Positions 39,821 through 50,798 are shown, numbered from the stretch's first letter. The stretch: DNA of 64,000 nt from Bacillus subtilis subsp. subtilis str. 168 (GCF_000009045.1 NC_000964.3:3658001-3722000); one strand, 5' to 3'. Numbers and translations are program-made. Notes: a model not told the origin generated them from the sequence alone.

Positions 39821-40963
39821 TTATTTAGATTTTAGTTTGTCACTATGATCAATATCAAACGTCAGTTTTCCGTCTTCTACTTTCCAAGCGAAATTAGAGT
39901 CTTTCGTCAGTTCGCGAATAATGGTTTTCTGTTTAAGGCTGTCTTTTTTCACAGGCGCAGGTGTCGCTTCATGGATATCGATCGGTGTCACTTCAAAGCG
40001 TCCTGTTCCATTTTTCTTCAGGTGATACTGAACCAGTGCACTGTCTCTTGTTCTCGTCCAGCCTTGGTCAAAGACAAAGTTGCCGAGGCTGTAGAAAATG
40101 ACGGTTCCGTTATATACTTCAATCGGTTCTAAGACGTGCGGGTGATGGCCGACGATGATGTCAGCTCCCGCATCAGACATGGCTCTTGCAAGCTGGCGCT
40201 GGCGGTCATTTGGATCATTGTCATACTCTTGTCCCCAGTGTGACTGCACAACAACAATGTCCGCATGTTTTTTCGCTTCTGAAATCATAGGGATGAAGAT
40301 TTCAGGATCTGCGGGCAGCACGCCCGGCGTATTCTTTTTAGCCGCGAAACCTTTCCCGGACACATCGGTAAAGCCAAGCGTCGCAATCGTTACCCCGTTG
40401 ACTTTCTGGTACGAAATTTTCTTTTTCGCATCACTTAAGCTGTATCCCGCTCCAACGATATCAAGATTTTGCTTCGCAAATTCTCCAAGCGTATCTTTCA
40501 TGCCCTGAACGCCGTAATCCATTGCGTGGTTGTTGGCGCTGTTGAGAACCGTGAAATTCATATCCTTCAAGACTTTCACTGATTCCTTATTCGTCTGCAG
40601 ATGAATCTCTTTATCTGCTTGTTTATAATTCTTTTGATAGGTTACCGGGTTTTCAAAGTTTCCTGCTACATAATCCGAGGCTCTAAAGATCGGTTCAACA
40701 TATTGAAAAATACTGTCTGCCCCTTTTTGCTCCGTTACTTTTTCAACATAGCGTCCCATCATAATATCGCCTACAAATGAGGCTGAGAGTACGTCGTCAG
40801 AATACGTTTTGACCTTCGGCGTTTCCGCTTTTCCCGCCCACATGAAAGCGAACATAAGGACAAAAACGATCGGAATGGCAATAAATACGTGCTTATTGGT
40901 TTTCTTTTTTTGCTGTTTTGTCAGCTTTAGCAGCTTTTCATGAAAGCTCAGTTCTTTTTTCAT
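39821..40963 (-). CDS. pgsA: PGA synthesis protein CapA/PgsA (metallophosphoesterase fold)
   Basis: VGDIMMGR, GNFENP, ANNHAMDYG, HWGQE, GHHPH and YSLGNF motifs. Confidence 0.95.
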   Translation of the reverse strand: MKKELSFHEKLLKLTKQQKKKTNKHVFIAIPIVFVLMFAFMWAGKAETPKVKTYSDDVLSASFVGDIMMGRYVEKVTEQKGADSIFQYVEPIFRASDYVAGNFENPVTYQKNYKQADKEIHLQTNKESVKVLKDMNFTVLNSANNHAMDYGVQGMKDTLGEFAKQNLDIVGAGYSLSDAKKKISYQKVNGVTIATLGFTDVSGKGFAAKKNTPGVLPADPEIFIPMISEAKKHADIVVVQSHWGQEYDNDPNDRQRQLARAMSDAGADIIVGHHPHVLEPIEVYNGTVIFYSLGNFVFDQGWTRTRDSALVQYHLKKNGTGRFEVTPIDIHEATPAPVKKDSLKQKTIIRELTKDSNFAWKVEDGKLTFDIDHSDKLKSK

Positions 40964-40981
40964 CGTTTGACACACCTTACA

Positions 40982-41431
40982 TTAAATTAAGTAGTAAACA
41001 AACATGATAGCAAAGGTCGCTCCGCTCAATAGCAGCGTGCTTCCGAACGTAATGGTTAAACCTTGTTTCTGAATGGTATTGGCAATTAAACCTGGCACGA
41101 TGATGCCGATTCCTCGAAATTCTGCGATTTCAAATGGTACAATCGGGTATAGAAAATCAAACGCGATTTTTAGGACGATCCCTGTTATCAGCATGGCAGC
41201 GAATTTTCTGCGTCCGTACAAAATCATAAATTTGGATAAACCGTATTTCACAATGACATACGTGAGCAAGCTCACTAGCAAAACAAGTAAAATAAAGACC
41301 GGCTGATTAAACACAAGTCCTAAATATCCCGGTACAACAAGTCCTGCCGGCACGATCCCTGTTTTTTCCGCAAAAATTAAACTGAGTAGTACACCTAAAA
41401 TTAGTGCGATGTATAAATCTGATCCGAACAT
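40982..41431 (-). CDS. pgsC: PGA synthesis membrane protein CapC/PgsC
   Basis: PAGLVVPGY and GIIVPGLIA motifs; hydrophobic 149 aa. Confidence 0.95.
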   Translation of the reverse strand: MFGSDLYIALILGVLLSLIFAEKTGIVPAGLVVPGYLGLVFNQPVFILLVLLVSLLTYVIVKYGLSKFMILYGRRKFAAMLITGIVLKIAFDFLYPIVPFEIAEFRGIGIIVPGLIANTIQKQGLTITFGSTLLLSGATFAIMFVYYLI

Positions 41432-41445
41432 GTCTGCATTTCCCC

Positions 41446-42627
41446 CTAGCTTACGAGCTGCTTTACCTTGTATTCGTGGATTTTTTCAATTAAAGGCTCT
41501 GCGGCACCATGAATATTGCCGACGCCATATATGACACGGTTGTGCATTCTTTTCTTTAACAATTCCATAATTTCATCTGTTGACTTATACTCTAGATCAT
41601 GCAGTTTGTCTGCAGGAATTTTGCCTTCTTCGTAGGCTTTTACGATCGGTTCTGTTGTTTCACCGATTAAGATCAGTTCACTTGCTTCAATATAAGGCAA
41701 TACGTCATTTGCGAATTGCTGTGTCCGATCGACACGGTCTGCGCGGCAGTTCATGATGATGATCGGATCATCGGTCGGGTAACCGATTTCTTTTACACGT
41801 TTCCATATATTCAAAGTAGAAGAAGCGTCGTTTGCGGCAAACCCATTAACAAAGTGCCCAGGCTCGCTCGGACTGATCAGCGGAAGAATTCTCATTGCTC
41901 CCGGATCTGGCGGCGCATTCAGCATTCCCTTAAATGCTGTTTCTTCGTCAATGCCGAGTGCTTGAGCCACACCCAGCGCCAGAGAAGCGTTATCAGGGAA
42001 TACCATGTATTCAAATTTACGTAAATACTCATCTGTAATTTTTGAGTTATCAGCAATGATGACTTTTGTGTTTCGTTCTTTTGCTTTTTGTTTAAAGAAC
42101 TCGGTATATTCACTATCTGTAATGACAAGATGGCCATTATAAGGAATTGTAGCAGTAAACGCTTCTGCAATTTCATCAAGCGTCGGCCCCATGACATCCA
42201 TATGGTCTTCCAAAACATTCACAATGACGCCGATATTGGCCTGCAGAAGTTCTTCCTGAAAGATGATTTGATAATCTGGGTTAACAGCCATGCATTCACT
42301 GACAATCGCGTTAGCCCCTCTTTCTACTGTTTCTCTCATGACTTCTTTTTGCTCTCCGATATTCGGCCCCTGAGGTTTCCGTTTAATCGGCTTTTCCTCC
42401 GGTGTGTCCCAGTAAATCATTCTTGCATCTGTTCCTGTTGTTTTTCCAACAGTCTTGTAACCGGCTTCTATTAATATTCCGGTTGTCAGCCTTGTCACAG
42501 TCGATTTTCCGCGGATGCCGTTAATATTCACCCGAACAGGGAGGGCATCAATGTTTTTCTGATGTCGTCGTTTTTCTAATATTCCGATGACCAGTATGAC
42601 AGCACAGGCTATAATGAGTAACCACAT
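41446..42627 (-). CDS. pgsB: Poly-gamma-glutamate synthetase CapB/PgsB
   Basis: NGIRGKSTVTRL, KTTG and ECMAV Mur-ligase-like motifs. Confidence 0.96.
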   Translation of the reverse strand: MWLLIIACAVILVIGILEKRRHQKNIDALPVRVNINGIRGKSTVTRLTTGILIEAGYKTVGKTTGTDARMIYWDTPEEKPIKRKPQGPNIGEQKEVMRETVERGANAIVSECMAVNPDYQIIFQEELLQANIGVIVNVLEDHMDVMGPTLDEIAEAFTATIPYNGHLVITDSEYTEFFKQKAKERNTKVIIADNSKITDEYLRKFEYMVFPDNASLALGVAQALGIDEETAFKGMLNAPPDPGAMRILPLISPSEPGHFVNGFAANDASSTLNIWKRVKEIGYPTDDPIIIMNCRADRVDRTQQFANDVLPYIEASELILIGETTEPIVKAYEEGKIPADKLHDLEYKSTDEIMELLKKRMHNRVIYGVGNIHGAAEPLIEKIHEYKVKQLVS

Positions 42628-43094
42628 TGCTTTTCGACATCTCCTTCTATATTGTTGTAAATTCATTCATCAGTATATAGAATCACTATGAATTCTCAAT
42701 CGGCATTATGTAACATAATCTTCCCTAATCGACTAAGCCAAACTTCTCTTTTGAAAGAGATTTTATACCTACAAACTGTTTTCTATTTTTGGAAAACAGC
42801 AGGACTTATACCTTATCACTTTTTAAAAAAATCAAAGAGAATGCGCTTTCATTTTTCTCCTGATATCCTTCTGGACGTATAGTCACACCCTGCTGTTTGT
42901 ATTTAATATGCATTTCAAATCAATCTTTTTTTCAGCCTTTGTTATCAAGCATTTCCTGCTATCATGCGTGTTTCCGGTTCTTATGAACACAAAATAATTT
43001 TATCCTGTTTCTTAAGGACAAGGTCATAATGTCATCCTTTCTGCATGGAATAAGCAATATGAGGCCCATTCCAAAATGACTAAGGAGGTTCGAG

Positions 43095-43130
43095 ATGAAA
43101 ACGCTAAACATACGAGTCCGAATTCTCTAA
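43095..43130 (+). other. Candidate 11-aa small ORF with a perfect RBS
   Basis: TAAGGAGG-ttcgag-ATG AAA ACG CTA AAC ATA CGA GTC CGA ATT CTC TAA (MKTLNIRVRIL). Confidence 0.35.
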
Positions 43131-43377
43131 CATAATTAAACATTTTCTGGGATGATAGTCTTTTCTGTTTCTCCCCATTTACAGGTCTAAACGCATGACT
43201 TTGAAACAATTTTAATAAAACTTAATATTTGTTCAAGAAATCTTCATCCATATTTGTGAAGACTTTGTCAAAAAAAGAGTGAAAACCTTAAATTTTTCAA
43301 TTATATATACAATTTACAATTAGATTTCTTTTGATATTTTTATTGCTAACTTCGGATTGTTCATGATAATCTATCTA

Positions 43378-43391
43378 TGTAAACGGTTACA
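43378..43391. promoter_or_regulatory. CcpA cre site upstream of rbsR
   Basis: TGTAAACGGTTACA matches TGWAANCGNTNWCA. Confidence 0.9.
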
Positions 43392-43410
43392 TAAACAAGG
43401 AGGAGCTGTT

Positions 43411-44391
43411 TTGGCTACAATTAAAGATGTCGCCGGAGCGGCGGGCGTTTCAGTTGCGACGGTTTCCCGCAACCTGAATGATAACGGCTATGTACACGAA
43501 GAAACGCGAACGCGTGTCATAGCGGCGATGGCGAAGCTGAACTATTACCCGAATGAAGTCGCCAGATCTCTATATAAAAGAGAATCCCGACTGATCGGAC
43601 TTTTGCTCCCGGATATCACAAACCCTTTCTTCCCCCAGCTTGCCCGCGGTGCGGAGGATGAATTGAACCGGGAAGGCTATCGCCTTATTTTCGGCAACAG
43701 TGACGAGGAATTGAAAAAAGAACTTGAATACCTTCAAACCTTTAAGCAAAATCATGTCGCAGGCATTATTGCCGCAACGAATTACCCGGATCTCGAGGAA
43801 TACAGCGGCATGAATTATCCAGTTGTTTTTCTGGACAGAACGCTTGAAGGGGCTCCTTCTGTGTCCAGTGACGGCTATACAGGAGTAAAGTTAGCCGCCC
43901 AGGCTATCATTCACGGAAAAAGCCAGCGCATTACGCTCTTGAGAGGACCCGCTCACCTGCCGACCGCTCAAGACCGATTTAACGGCGCTTTGGAAATCTT
44001 AAAGCAGGCTGAAGTTGATTTTCAGGTCATTGAGACAGCTTCATTTTCAATTAAAGATGCACAATCGATGGCGAAGGAGCTGTTTGCCTCTTATCCAGCG
44101 ACAGATGGTGTGATCGCGAGTAATGATATTCAAGCCGCTGCCGTTTTACATGAAGCATTGCGGCGCGGAAAAAACGTGCCGGAGGACATTCAAATTATCG
44201 GCTATGATGACATTCCGCAAAGCGGACTTCTGTTCCCGCCACTTTCTACAATTAAACAGCCCGCATATGATATGGGGAAAGAAGCTGCCAAACTGCTTTT
44301 GGGTATCATTAAAAAACAGCCGCTGGCAGAAACGGCAATTCAAATGCCTGTCACCTATATAGGAAGAAAGACGACAAGAAAGGAAGATTAA
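43411..44391 (+). CDS. rbsR: LacI-family ribose operon repressor
   Basis: TIKDVAGAAGVSVATVSR HTH; TTG start behind AAGGAGG. Confidence 0.95.
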   Translation: MATIKDVAGAAGVSVATVSRNLNDNGYVHEETRTRVIAAMAKLNYYPNEVARSLYKRESRLIGLLLPDITNPFFPQLARGAEDELNREGYRLIFGNSDEELKKELEYLQTFKQNHVAGIIAATNYPDLEEYSGMNYPVVFLDRTLEGAPSVSSDGYTGVKLAAQAIIHGKSQRITLLRGPAHLPTAQDRFNGALEILKQAEVDFQVIETASFSIKDAQSMAKELFASYPATDGVIASNDIQAAAVLHEALRRGKNVPEDIQIIGYDDIPQSGLLFPPLSTIKQPAYDMGKEAAKLLLGIIKKQPLAETAIQMPVTYIGRKTTRKED

Positions 44392-44392
44392 G

Positions 44393-45274
44393 ATGCGTAA
44401 TATTTGTGTGATTGGTAGCTGTTCTATGGATTTAGTGGTCACCTCGGACAAACGCCCAAAAGCCGGTGAAACGGTTCTTGGCACGTCATTTCAGACTGTG
44501 CCGGGCGGCAAAGGAGCAAATCAGGCCGTTGCCGCAGCCAGACTTGGGGCGCAAGTGTTTATGGTCGGCAAAGTTGGAGACGATCATTATGGAACAGCTA
44601 TTTTGAATAATCTCAAAGCTAACGGCGTTCGCACTGATTATATGGAACCGGTTACACATACGGAAAGCGGAACCGCTCATATTGTGCTTGCTGAAGGCGA
44701 CAACAGCATTGTCGTTGTCAAAGGCGCGAACGATGACATCACCCCAGCGTATGCGTTAAACGCGCTCGAACAGATTGAAAAGGTCGATATGGTGCTGATT
44801 CAGCAGGAAATCCCAGAAGAAACGGTTGATGAGGTGTGCAAATACTGCCATTCTCACGATATCCCGATCATACTAAACCCAGCACCGGCCCGCCCGCTCA
44901 AGCAGGAAACAATTGATCACGCTACCTATCTGACGCCGAATGAACACGAGGCTTCGATTTTATTCCCTGAGCTTACCATTTCCGAAGCTCTGGCGCTTTA
45001 TCCGGCAAAGCTCTTTATTACGGAAGGAAAACAAGGCGTCCGCTATTCGGCTGGCAGCAAAGAGGTGCTCATCCCGTCCTTCCCTGTAGAACCCGTTGAT
45101 ACAACCGGAGCCGGTGATACGTTTAACGCAGCATTTGCCGTGGCCCTGGCTGAGGGAAAAGACATTGAAGCCGCATTGCGGTTTGCCAATCGTGCCGCTT
45201 CCCTTTCTGTCTGCTCCTTCGGTGCCCAAGGCGGAATGCCGACAAGAAATGAAGTAGAGGAGCTGCTGTCATGA
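44393..45274 (+). CDS. rbsK: Ribokinase
   Basis: PGGKGANQA and DTTGAGDTF PfkB motifs. Confidence 0.97.
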   Translation: MRNICVIGSCSMDLVVTSDKRPKAGETVLGTSFQTVPGGKGANQAVAAARLGAQVFMVGKVGDDHYGTAILNNLKANGVRTDYMEPVTHTESGTAHIVLAEGDNSIVVVKGANDDITPAYALNALEQIEKVDMVLIQQEIPEETVDEVCKYCHSHDIPIILNPAPARPLKQETIDHATYLTPNEHEASILFPELTISEALALYPAKLFITEGKQGVRYSAGSKEVLIPSFPVEPVDTTGAGDTFNAAFAVALAEGKDIEAALRFANRAASLSVCSFGAQGGMPTRNEVEELLS

Positions 45275-45666
45275 AAAAACACGGTATACTGAACAGCCAT
45301 CTTGCCAAGATTTTAGCCGACCTTGGCCACACTGATAAAATTGTCATCGCGGATGCCGGACTGCCGGTTCCTGACGGCGTTTTGAAAATTGATCTTTCAC
45401 TGAAGCCGGGCCTTCCGGCTTTCCAAGATACAGCGGCAGTACTGGCTGAGGAAATGGCGGTCGAAAAAGTCATTGCTGCAGCTGAAATAAAAGCATCCAA
45501 TCAGGAGAATGCGAAATTTCTAGAAAATCTTTTCTCTGAACAAGAGATTGAATACCTTTCTCACGAGGAGTTTAAGCTGCTGACAAAAGATGCAAAGGCA
45601 GTCATAAGAACAGGAGAATTCACACCATATGCCAACTGCATCCTGCAGGCAGGTGTACTTTTCTAG
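45271..45666 (+). CDS. rbsD: D-ribose pyranase
   Basis: LGHTD, DAGLP and RTGEFTPYAN motifs. Confidence 0.96.
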   Translation: MKKHGILNSHLAKILADLGHTDKIVIADAGLPVPDGVLKIDLSLKPGLPAFQDTAAVLAEEMAVEKVIAAAEIKASNQENAKFLENLFSEQEIEYLSHEEFKLLTKDAKAVIRTGEFTPYANCILQAGVLF

Positions 45667-45681
45667 AAAGGAAGATGAAAC

Positions 45682-47163
45682 ATGCAGATTGAAATGAAAG
45701 ACATTCATAAAACATTCGGAAAAAATCAGGTGCTGTCAGGCGTTTCCTTTCAGCTCATGCCTGGCGAGGTTCACGCATTAATGGGAGAAAACGGCGCCGG
45801 CAAGTCCACGCTTATGAACATTTTGACAGGCCTGCACAAAGCAGATAAAGGTCAAATCAGCATAAACGGAAACGAAACGTATTTTTCCAATCCGAAAGAA
45901 GCGGAACAGCATGGAATAGCCTTTATCCATCAGGAATTGAATATCTGGCCGGAAATGACCGTTCTTGAGAATCTATTTATCGGTAAAGAGATATCCTCCA
46001 AGCTGGGCGTTTTACAAACAAGAAAAATGAAAGCGCTAGCAAAAGAGCAATTTGACAAACTTTCCGTCTCTCTTTCTCTTGATCAAGAAGCCGGCGAATG
46101 TTCCGTCGGACAGCAGCAAATGATCGAAATTGCAAAAGCGCTTATGACAAATGCCGAGGTAATCATTATGGATGAACCGACCGCAGCGTTGACTGAACGT
46201 GAAATCAGCAAGCTCTTTGAGGTCATTACAGCGTTAAAAAAGAACGGCGTCTCCATTGTCTATATTTCGCATCGCATGGAAGAAATTTTTGCGATTTGCG
46301 ACAGAATTACCATCATGCGTGACGGAAAAACGGTAGATACAACAAACATCTCAGAAACTGATTTTGATGAAGTCGTCAAAAAAATGGTCGGACGGGAGCT
46401 GACTGAACGATATCCAAAACGCACTCCTTCTCTCGGTGACAAAGTATTCGAGGTGAAAAATGCTTCCGTAAAAGGGAGTTTTGAGGACGTCAGCTTTTAT
46501 GTGCGTTCCGGTGAGATCGTCGGTGTTTCAGGATTAATGGGAGCCGGCCGGACAGAAATGATGAGAGCGCTGTTCGGCGTTGACAGGCTGGACACGGGTG
46601 AGATATGGATCGCTGGGAAAAAAACGGCTATTAAGAACCCGCAGGAAGCCGTGAAAAAAGGTCTCGGCTTTATTACAGAGAATCGCAAGGATGAAGGGCT
46701 CCTGCTCGACACCTCGATCCGCGAAAATATTGCCCTGCCCAATCTGTCCAGCTTCTCACCAAAGGGTCTCATTGATCATAAGCGGGAGGCTGAATTTGTC
46801 GATCTGTTAATCAAGCGCCTCACTATCAAAACAGCATCACCGGAAACGCACGCACGCCATTTATCAGGAGGAAACCAGCAAAAAGTGGTGATAGCCAAGT
46901 GGATCGGCATCGGACCGAAAGTGCTTATCTTGGATGAGCCAACCAGAGGTGTGGATGTTGGCGCCAAACGAGAGATTTATACGCTGATGAATGAGCTGAC
47001 CGAACGCGGTGTCGCTATCATCATGGTGTCATCAGAGCTTCCTGAAATTCTGGGAATGAGCGATCGGATTATCGTTGTCCATGAAGGCAGAATCAGCGGC
47101 GAAATCCATGCGCGAGAAGCAACACAAGAACGAATTATGACACTTGCCACGGGAGGGCGGTAA
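45682..47163 (+). CDS. rbsA: Ribose ABC transporter ATPase (two NBDs)
   Basis: GENGAGKST and LSGGNQQK motifs. Confidence 0.96.
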   Translation: MQIEMKDIHKTFGKNQVLSGVSFQLMPGEVHALMGENGAGKSTLMNILTGLHKADKGQISINGNETYFSNPKEAEQHGIAFIHQELNIWPEMTVLENLFIGKEISSKLGVLQTRKMKALAKEQFDKLSVSLSLDQEAGECSVGQQQMIEIAKALMTNAEVIIMDEPTAALTEREISKLFEVITALKKNGVSIVYISHRMEEIFAICDRITIMRDGKTVDTTNISETDFDEVVKKMVGRELTERYPKRTPSLGDKVFEVKNASVKGSFEDVSFYVRSGEIVGVSGLMGAGRTEMMRALFGVDRLDTGEIWIAGKKTAIKNPQEAVKKGLGFITENRKDEGLLLDTSIRENIALPNLSSFSPKGLIDHKREAEFVDLLIKRLTIKTASPETHARHLSGGNQQKVVIAKWIGIGPKVLILDEPTRGVDVGAKREIYTLMNELTERGVAIIMVSSELPEILGMSDRIIVVHEGRISGEIHAREATQERIMTLATGGR

Positions 47164-47164
47164 T

Positions 47165-48133
47165 ATGAAAACGGAACAACTGCAAACAGAACAAAAACGG
47201 ATTCACTTCGACGGAGTCATGCAAAAACTCGGCCCGTTTCTTGGTTTATTTATTCTCGTTATCATTGTATCTATTTTAAATCCCAGCTTTCTTGAACCGC
47301 TGAATATTTTAAACCTGCTTCGCCAGGTCGCCATTAACGGATTAATCGCGTTCGGGATGACCTTTGTTATTTTGACAGGCGGCATTGATCTTTCTGTTGG
47401 CGCTATTCTTGCCCTGTCCAGTGCTTTAGTTGCGGGGATGATTGTGTCCGGTGTCGATCCGGTTCTCGCGATCATCCTTGGCTGTATCATTGGTGCCGTA
47501 CTAGGCATGATCAACGGATTATTGATTACTAAAGGAAAAATGGCGCCCTTTATCGCCACGCTTGCGACCATGACTGTGTTTCGCGGACTGACGCTAGTGT
47601 ATACAGATGGAAATCCGATTACCGGACTTGGCACAAACTACGGTTTTCAGATGTTCGGACGCGGTTACTTTTTAGGCATTCCTGTACCGGCAATTACGAT
47701 GGTTCTTGCCTTTGTCATCCTTTGGGTGCTTCTTCATAAAACACCATTCGGACGCCGAACGTACGCTATCGGCGGCAACGAAAAAGCCGCGCTCATTTCA
47801 GGCATCAAAGTGACGCGCGTGAAAGTGATGATCTATTCTTTAGCCGGGCTTTTATCCGCTCTTGCAGGTGCCATATTGACTTCCCGCCTGCATTCGGCCC
47901 AGCCGACTGCGGGAGAATCGTACGAACTTGATGCTATCGCGGCAGTCGTCTTAGGAGGGACAAGTCTTTCCGGCGGCCGAGGACGCATTGTCGGCACGTT
48001 AATCGGGGTGCTGATCATCGGCACACTTAATAACGGACTTAATCTGCTTGGCGTCTCATCATTTTATCAGCTGGTTGTCAAAGGGATTGTTATCTTAATT
48101 GCGGTATTGTTAGACCGCAAGAAGTCAGCTTAG
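47165..48133 (+). CDS. rbsC: Ribose ABC transporter permease
   Basis: GGIDLSVG and YELDAIAAVVLGG motifs. Confidence 0.95.
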   Translation: MKTEQLQTEQKRIHFDGVMQKLGPFLGLFILVIIVSILNPSFLEPLNILNLLRQVAINGLIAFGMTFVILTGGIDLSVGAILALSSALVAGMIVSGVDPVLAIILGCIIGAVLGMINGLLITKGKMAPFIATLATMTVFRGLTLVYTDGNPITGLGTNYGFQMFGRGYFLGIPVPAITMVLAFVILWVLLHKTPFGRRTYAIGGNEKAALISGIKVTRVKVMIYSLAGLLSALAGAILTSRLHSAQPTAGESYELDAIAAVVLGGTSLSGGRGRIVGTLIGVLIIGTLNNGLNLLGVSSFYQLVVKGIVILIAVLLDRKKSA

Positions 48134-48144
48134 GAGGGTTTTAC

Positions 48145-49062
48145 ATGAAAAAGGCTGTATCCGTCATTTTAACGTTATCATTATTTTTGTTAACCGCCTG
48201 TTCGCTTGAGCCTCCCCAATGGGCAAAGCCATCAAACTCGGGGAACAAAAAGGAATTCACCATTGGCTTGTCCGTCTCAACGCTTAATAATCCTTTTTTT
48301 GTCTCATTAAAAAAGGGTATCGAAAAAGAAGCTAAAAAACGGGGAATGAAAGTCATCATTGTTGATGCACAAAATGATTCATCGAAACAGACGAGTGACG
48401 TGGAAGATTTAATTCAGCAAGGTGTTGATGCATTATTAATCAACCCGACTGATTCTTCGGCGATCTCAACGGCAGTAGAATCTGCAAACGCAGTCGGTGT
48501 GCCCGTCGTAACAATCGATCGATCTGCGGAACAAGGAAAAGTTGAAACCCTCGTTGCTTCCGATAATGTAAAAGGCGGTGAAATGGCCGCGGCGTTTATT
48601 GCCGACAAACTTGGAAAAGGAGCAAAGGTGGCAGAGCTTGAAGGCGTCCCCGGCGCATCTGCCACACGGGAACGCGGCTCAGGATTCCATAACATCGCAG
48701 ACCAAAAGCTCCAAGTTGTCACAAAACAATCAGCTGACTTTGACCGCACGAAAGGCCTGACTGTCATGGAAAACCTGCTGCAGGGACATCCTGATATCCA
48801 AGCTGTTTTTGCTCACAACGATGAAATGGCGCTCGGTGCTCTCGAGGCAATTAACAGCTCGGGGAAAGACATATTGGTGATCGGTTTTGACGGCAATAAA
48901 GATGCGCTCGCTTCCATTAAAGACAGAAAGCTGTCAGCCACCGTCGCTCAGCAGCCTGAATTAATCGGTAAATTGGCTACAGAAGCAGCAGATGATATTT
49001 TGCACGGGAAAAAAGTGCAAAAAACAATATCCGCGCCTCTCAAACTAGAAACACAAAAATAA
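48145..49062 (+). CDS. rbsB: Ribose-binding lipoprotein
   Basis: LTAC lipobox; NNPFF, HNDEMALG and GFDG motifs. Confidence 0.95.
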   Translation: MKKAVSVILTLSLFLLTACSLEPPQWAKPSNSGNKKEFTIGLSVSTLNNPFFVSLKKGIEKEAKKRGMKVIIVDAQNDSSKQTSDVEDLIQQGVDALLINPTDSSAISTAVESANAVGVPVVTIDRSAEQGKVETLVASDNVKGGEMAAAFIADKLGKGAKVAELEGVPGASATRERGSGFHNIADQKLQVVTKQSADFDRTKGLTVMENLLQGHPDIQAVFAHNDEMALGALEAINSSGKDILVIGFDGNKDALASIKDRKLSATVAQQPELIGKLATEAADDILHGKKVQKTISAPLKLETQK

Positions 49063-49071
49063 TTGTCTGAT

Positions 49072-49097
49072 GTTTAGGAACCTGCGATAACGTGAAT
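49072..49097 (+). promoter_or_regulatory. Possible SigB promoter of ywsB
   Basis: GTTTAG-14-GTGAAT. Confidence 0.5.
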
Positions 49098-49143
49098 AGA
49101 GATATAGAATGAATTATTTCTCTTACGTGAGGAGAGGAACGGC

Positions 49144-49680
49144 ATGAACAAACCAACAAAACTATTTTCAACATTAGCACTTGCGGCTGGAATGACTGCG
49201 GCGGCTGCTGGCGGCGCTGGCACGATCCATGCTCAACAGCCAGAAACAACGGTAAGCATTGATGATTTATACAGTTATCCGATTGATTCTTATTTGGTAT
49301 CAGCAGAGGCTCTAAATGTCAGAACGAAGCCTTCCGCATCAAGCCAGAAAGCCGATACGCTGCACTTAGGAGATAGCCTAAAGCTGATTTCCTTCTCAAA
49401 TGCTGACTGGGCAAAGGTTAAGTATAAAAATGGAAAAACAGGATTTGTATCCACTCATTACATTGTTAAAGCAGCGACAACGGTAAAAACCAAAACAAAA
49501 ACAAAAGTGTATACATCCGCTGACGGAAAGAGCATTAAGACTCTTCCAGCAGACACAAGCGTTTCTTTTTTAGGCTGGAGTAAAACGAATAAAGGCGGTT
49601 TTGATTTTGATTGGGTATTCGTTGATTACGGCGGTACGACAGGTTATATGAAAACAAAGGATTTACACATGACAAAATAA
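49144..49680 (+). CDS. ywsB: Secreted SH3b-domain cell-wall-binding protein
   Basis: Signal peptide; LNVRTKPS and W.KV.Y..KTGFV SH3b pattern. Confidence 0.88.
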   Translation: MNKPTKLFSTLALAAGMTAAAAGGAGTIHAQQPETTVSIDDLYSYPIDSYLVSAEALNVRTKPSASSQKADTLHLGDSLKLISFSNADWAKVKYKNGKTGFVSTHYIVKAATTVKTKTKTKVYTSADGKSIKTLPADTSVSFLGWSKTNKGGFDFDWVFVDYGGTTGYMKTKDLHMTK

Positions 49681-49685
49681 CTGAG

Positions 49686-49716
49686 AGGGATTCCGCATAA
49701 ATGCGGAATCCCTTTT
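49686..49716 (+). terminator. Terminator after ywsB
   Basis: AGGGATTCCGCAT-aa-ATGCGGAATCCCTTTT. Confidence 0.9.
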
Positions 49717-49835
49717 ATTATGAATTGATTTGTCACATTCCCAAGATATTTCTCAGGAAATATTGTCGTATGCTGTGTCGAAACCTTACATGATCATCGA
49801 CATTTTTGTTCACGCTAAAAAGCGGAGGTGTAAAT

Positions 49836-50132
49836 ATGGATCAATTTGAAGCAGCATATGAATCGTATAAAGCCCGGCAAACAACTGCCGATCAAGAAAA
49901 TGTTCCATCTGGAAAAGAAGAAATTATTGCGGTTAGAAGAAATGAGGAAGACAATATTATCGCAGTGAAAACCAATACAGGAAGAGAGCTCGACTACCCT
50001 ACTGCGCTGTCAGAAGCAAAATCAGGAAAACTCGCTCATGTTGATGTCTTCCATAAATACGGGCGTGACATTTTGCGAAGTGAACCGGACGGCATCAAGG
50101 AAAATAACCTGTCTGAGCTGCCGGATTTTTAA
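49836..50132 (+). CDS. ywsA: Small conserved hypothetical protein, 98 aa
   Basis: GGAGGTG RBS; C-terminal NNLSELPDF; position. Confidence 0.8.
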   Translation: MDQFEAAYESYKARQTTADQENVPSGKEEIIAVRRNEEDNIIAVKTNTGRELDYPTALSEAKSGKLAHVDVFHKYGRDILRSEPDGIKENNLSELPDF

Positions 50133-50134
50133 AC

Positions 50135-50173
50135 AAATACAGCCCTGCCGTATGTTGGACAGGGCTGTATTTT
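50135..50173. terminator. Bidirectional terminator ywsA/ywrO
   Basis: AAATACAGCCCTG...CAGGGCTGTATTT. Confidence 0.85.
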
Positions 50174-50699
50174 AAACAAAAGGCTGCTGGATGTATTCGG
50201 CTAACCGTTTTGCACTGTGAGAAATATCCTCTGCAGCTGCATAATTCACGCCATAGAACACATATGGAGGCAGATACTTCATGCCGATCAGATTACTCGT
50301 GGCCTGAAATGGTTTCAATAGCTCACTGATCGAGTAATGATTTGCTCCGCCCGCTTGATATTTTTCCGCTTCGCTCCCTGTTGATACAGCCAGCATCAGC
50401 TCCTTGCCATGCAAGGCATTTCCTTCTGAACCAAAAGCCCAGCCATAAGTCAGCACAAGATCCTGCCATTTTTTCAAGAGCGGCGGAGAGCTGTACCAAT
50501 ATAGCGGGAATTGAAAGACAATCCGATCGTATTCCTCGCACAGCTGCTGTTCCTTCGCAACATCTATCGCTTCATCCGGGTATTCCTTATAAAGATCCCG
50601 TACTGTGATATTGTCATGTTTACTCAATTCCTCAGCCCACGCCTTATTAACAACTGAGGTCTCCATATGAGGATGCACTGCCAAAACCAATATTTTCAT
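50172..50699 (-). CDS. ywrO: Flavodoxin-like NAD(P)H dehydrogenase (KefF/MdaB family)
   Basis: HP, EQQL, QFPLYWYSSPPLLKKW and STG motifs. Confidence 0.92.
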   Translation of the reverse strand: MKILVLAVHPHMETSVVNKAWAEELSKHDNITVRDLYKEYPDEAIDVAKEQQLCEEYDRIVFQFPLYWYSSPPLLKKWQDLVLTYGWAFGSEGNALHGKELMLAVSTGSEAEKYQAGGANHYSISELLKPFQATSNLIGMKYLPPYVFYGVNYAAAEDISHSAKRLAEYIQQPFV

Positions 50700-50756
50700 C
50701 AGACCACACCTTTACTGTTTTGATGTTATTTTATCTAAAATCAGGAAAAGAGCCAA

Positions 50757-50797
50757 ATAAAAAGAAAGCCCTGCTAAAAGGGGCTTTCTTTTTTTCT
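50757..50797 (-). terminator. Terminator of alsSD
   Basis: AAAAAGAAAGCCCT-gctaaa-AGGGCTTTCTTTTT. Confidence 0.88.
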
Positions 50798-50798
50798 T

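Noticed and set aside
43024-43209. 61-aa minus-strand ORF in the pgsB-rbsR gap
   Set aside because: No evident RBS, motif or recognisable family; the plus-strand sORF has the better initiation signal
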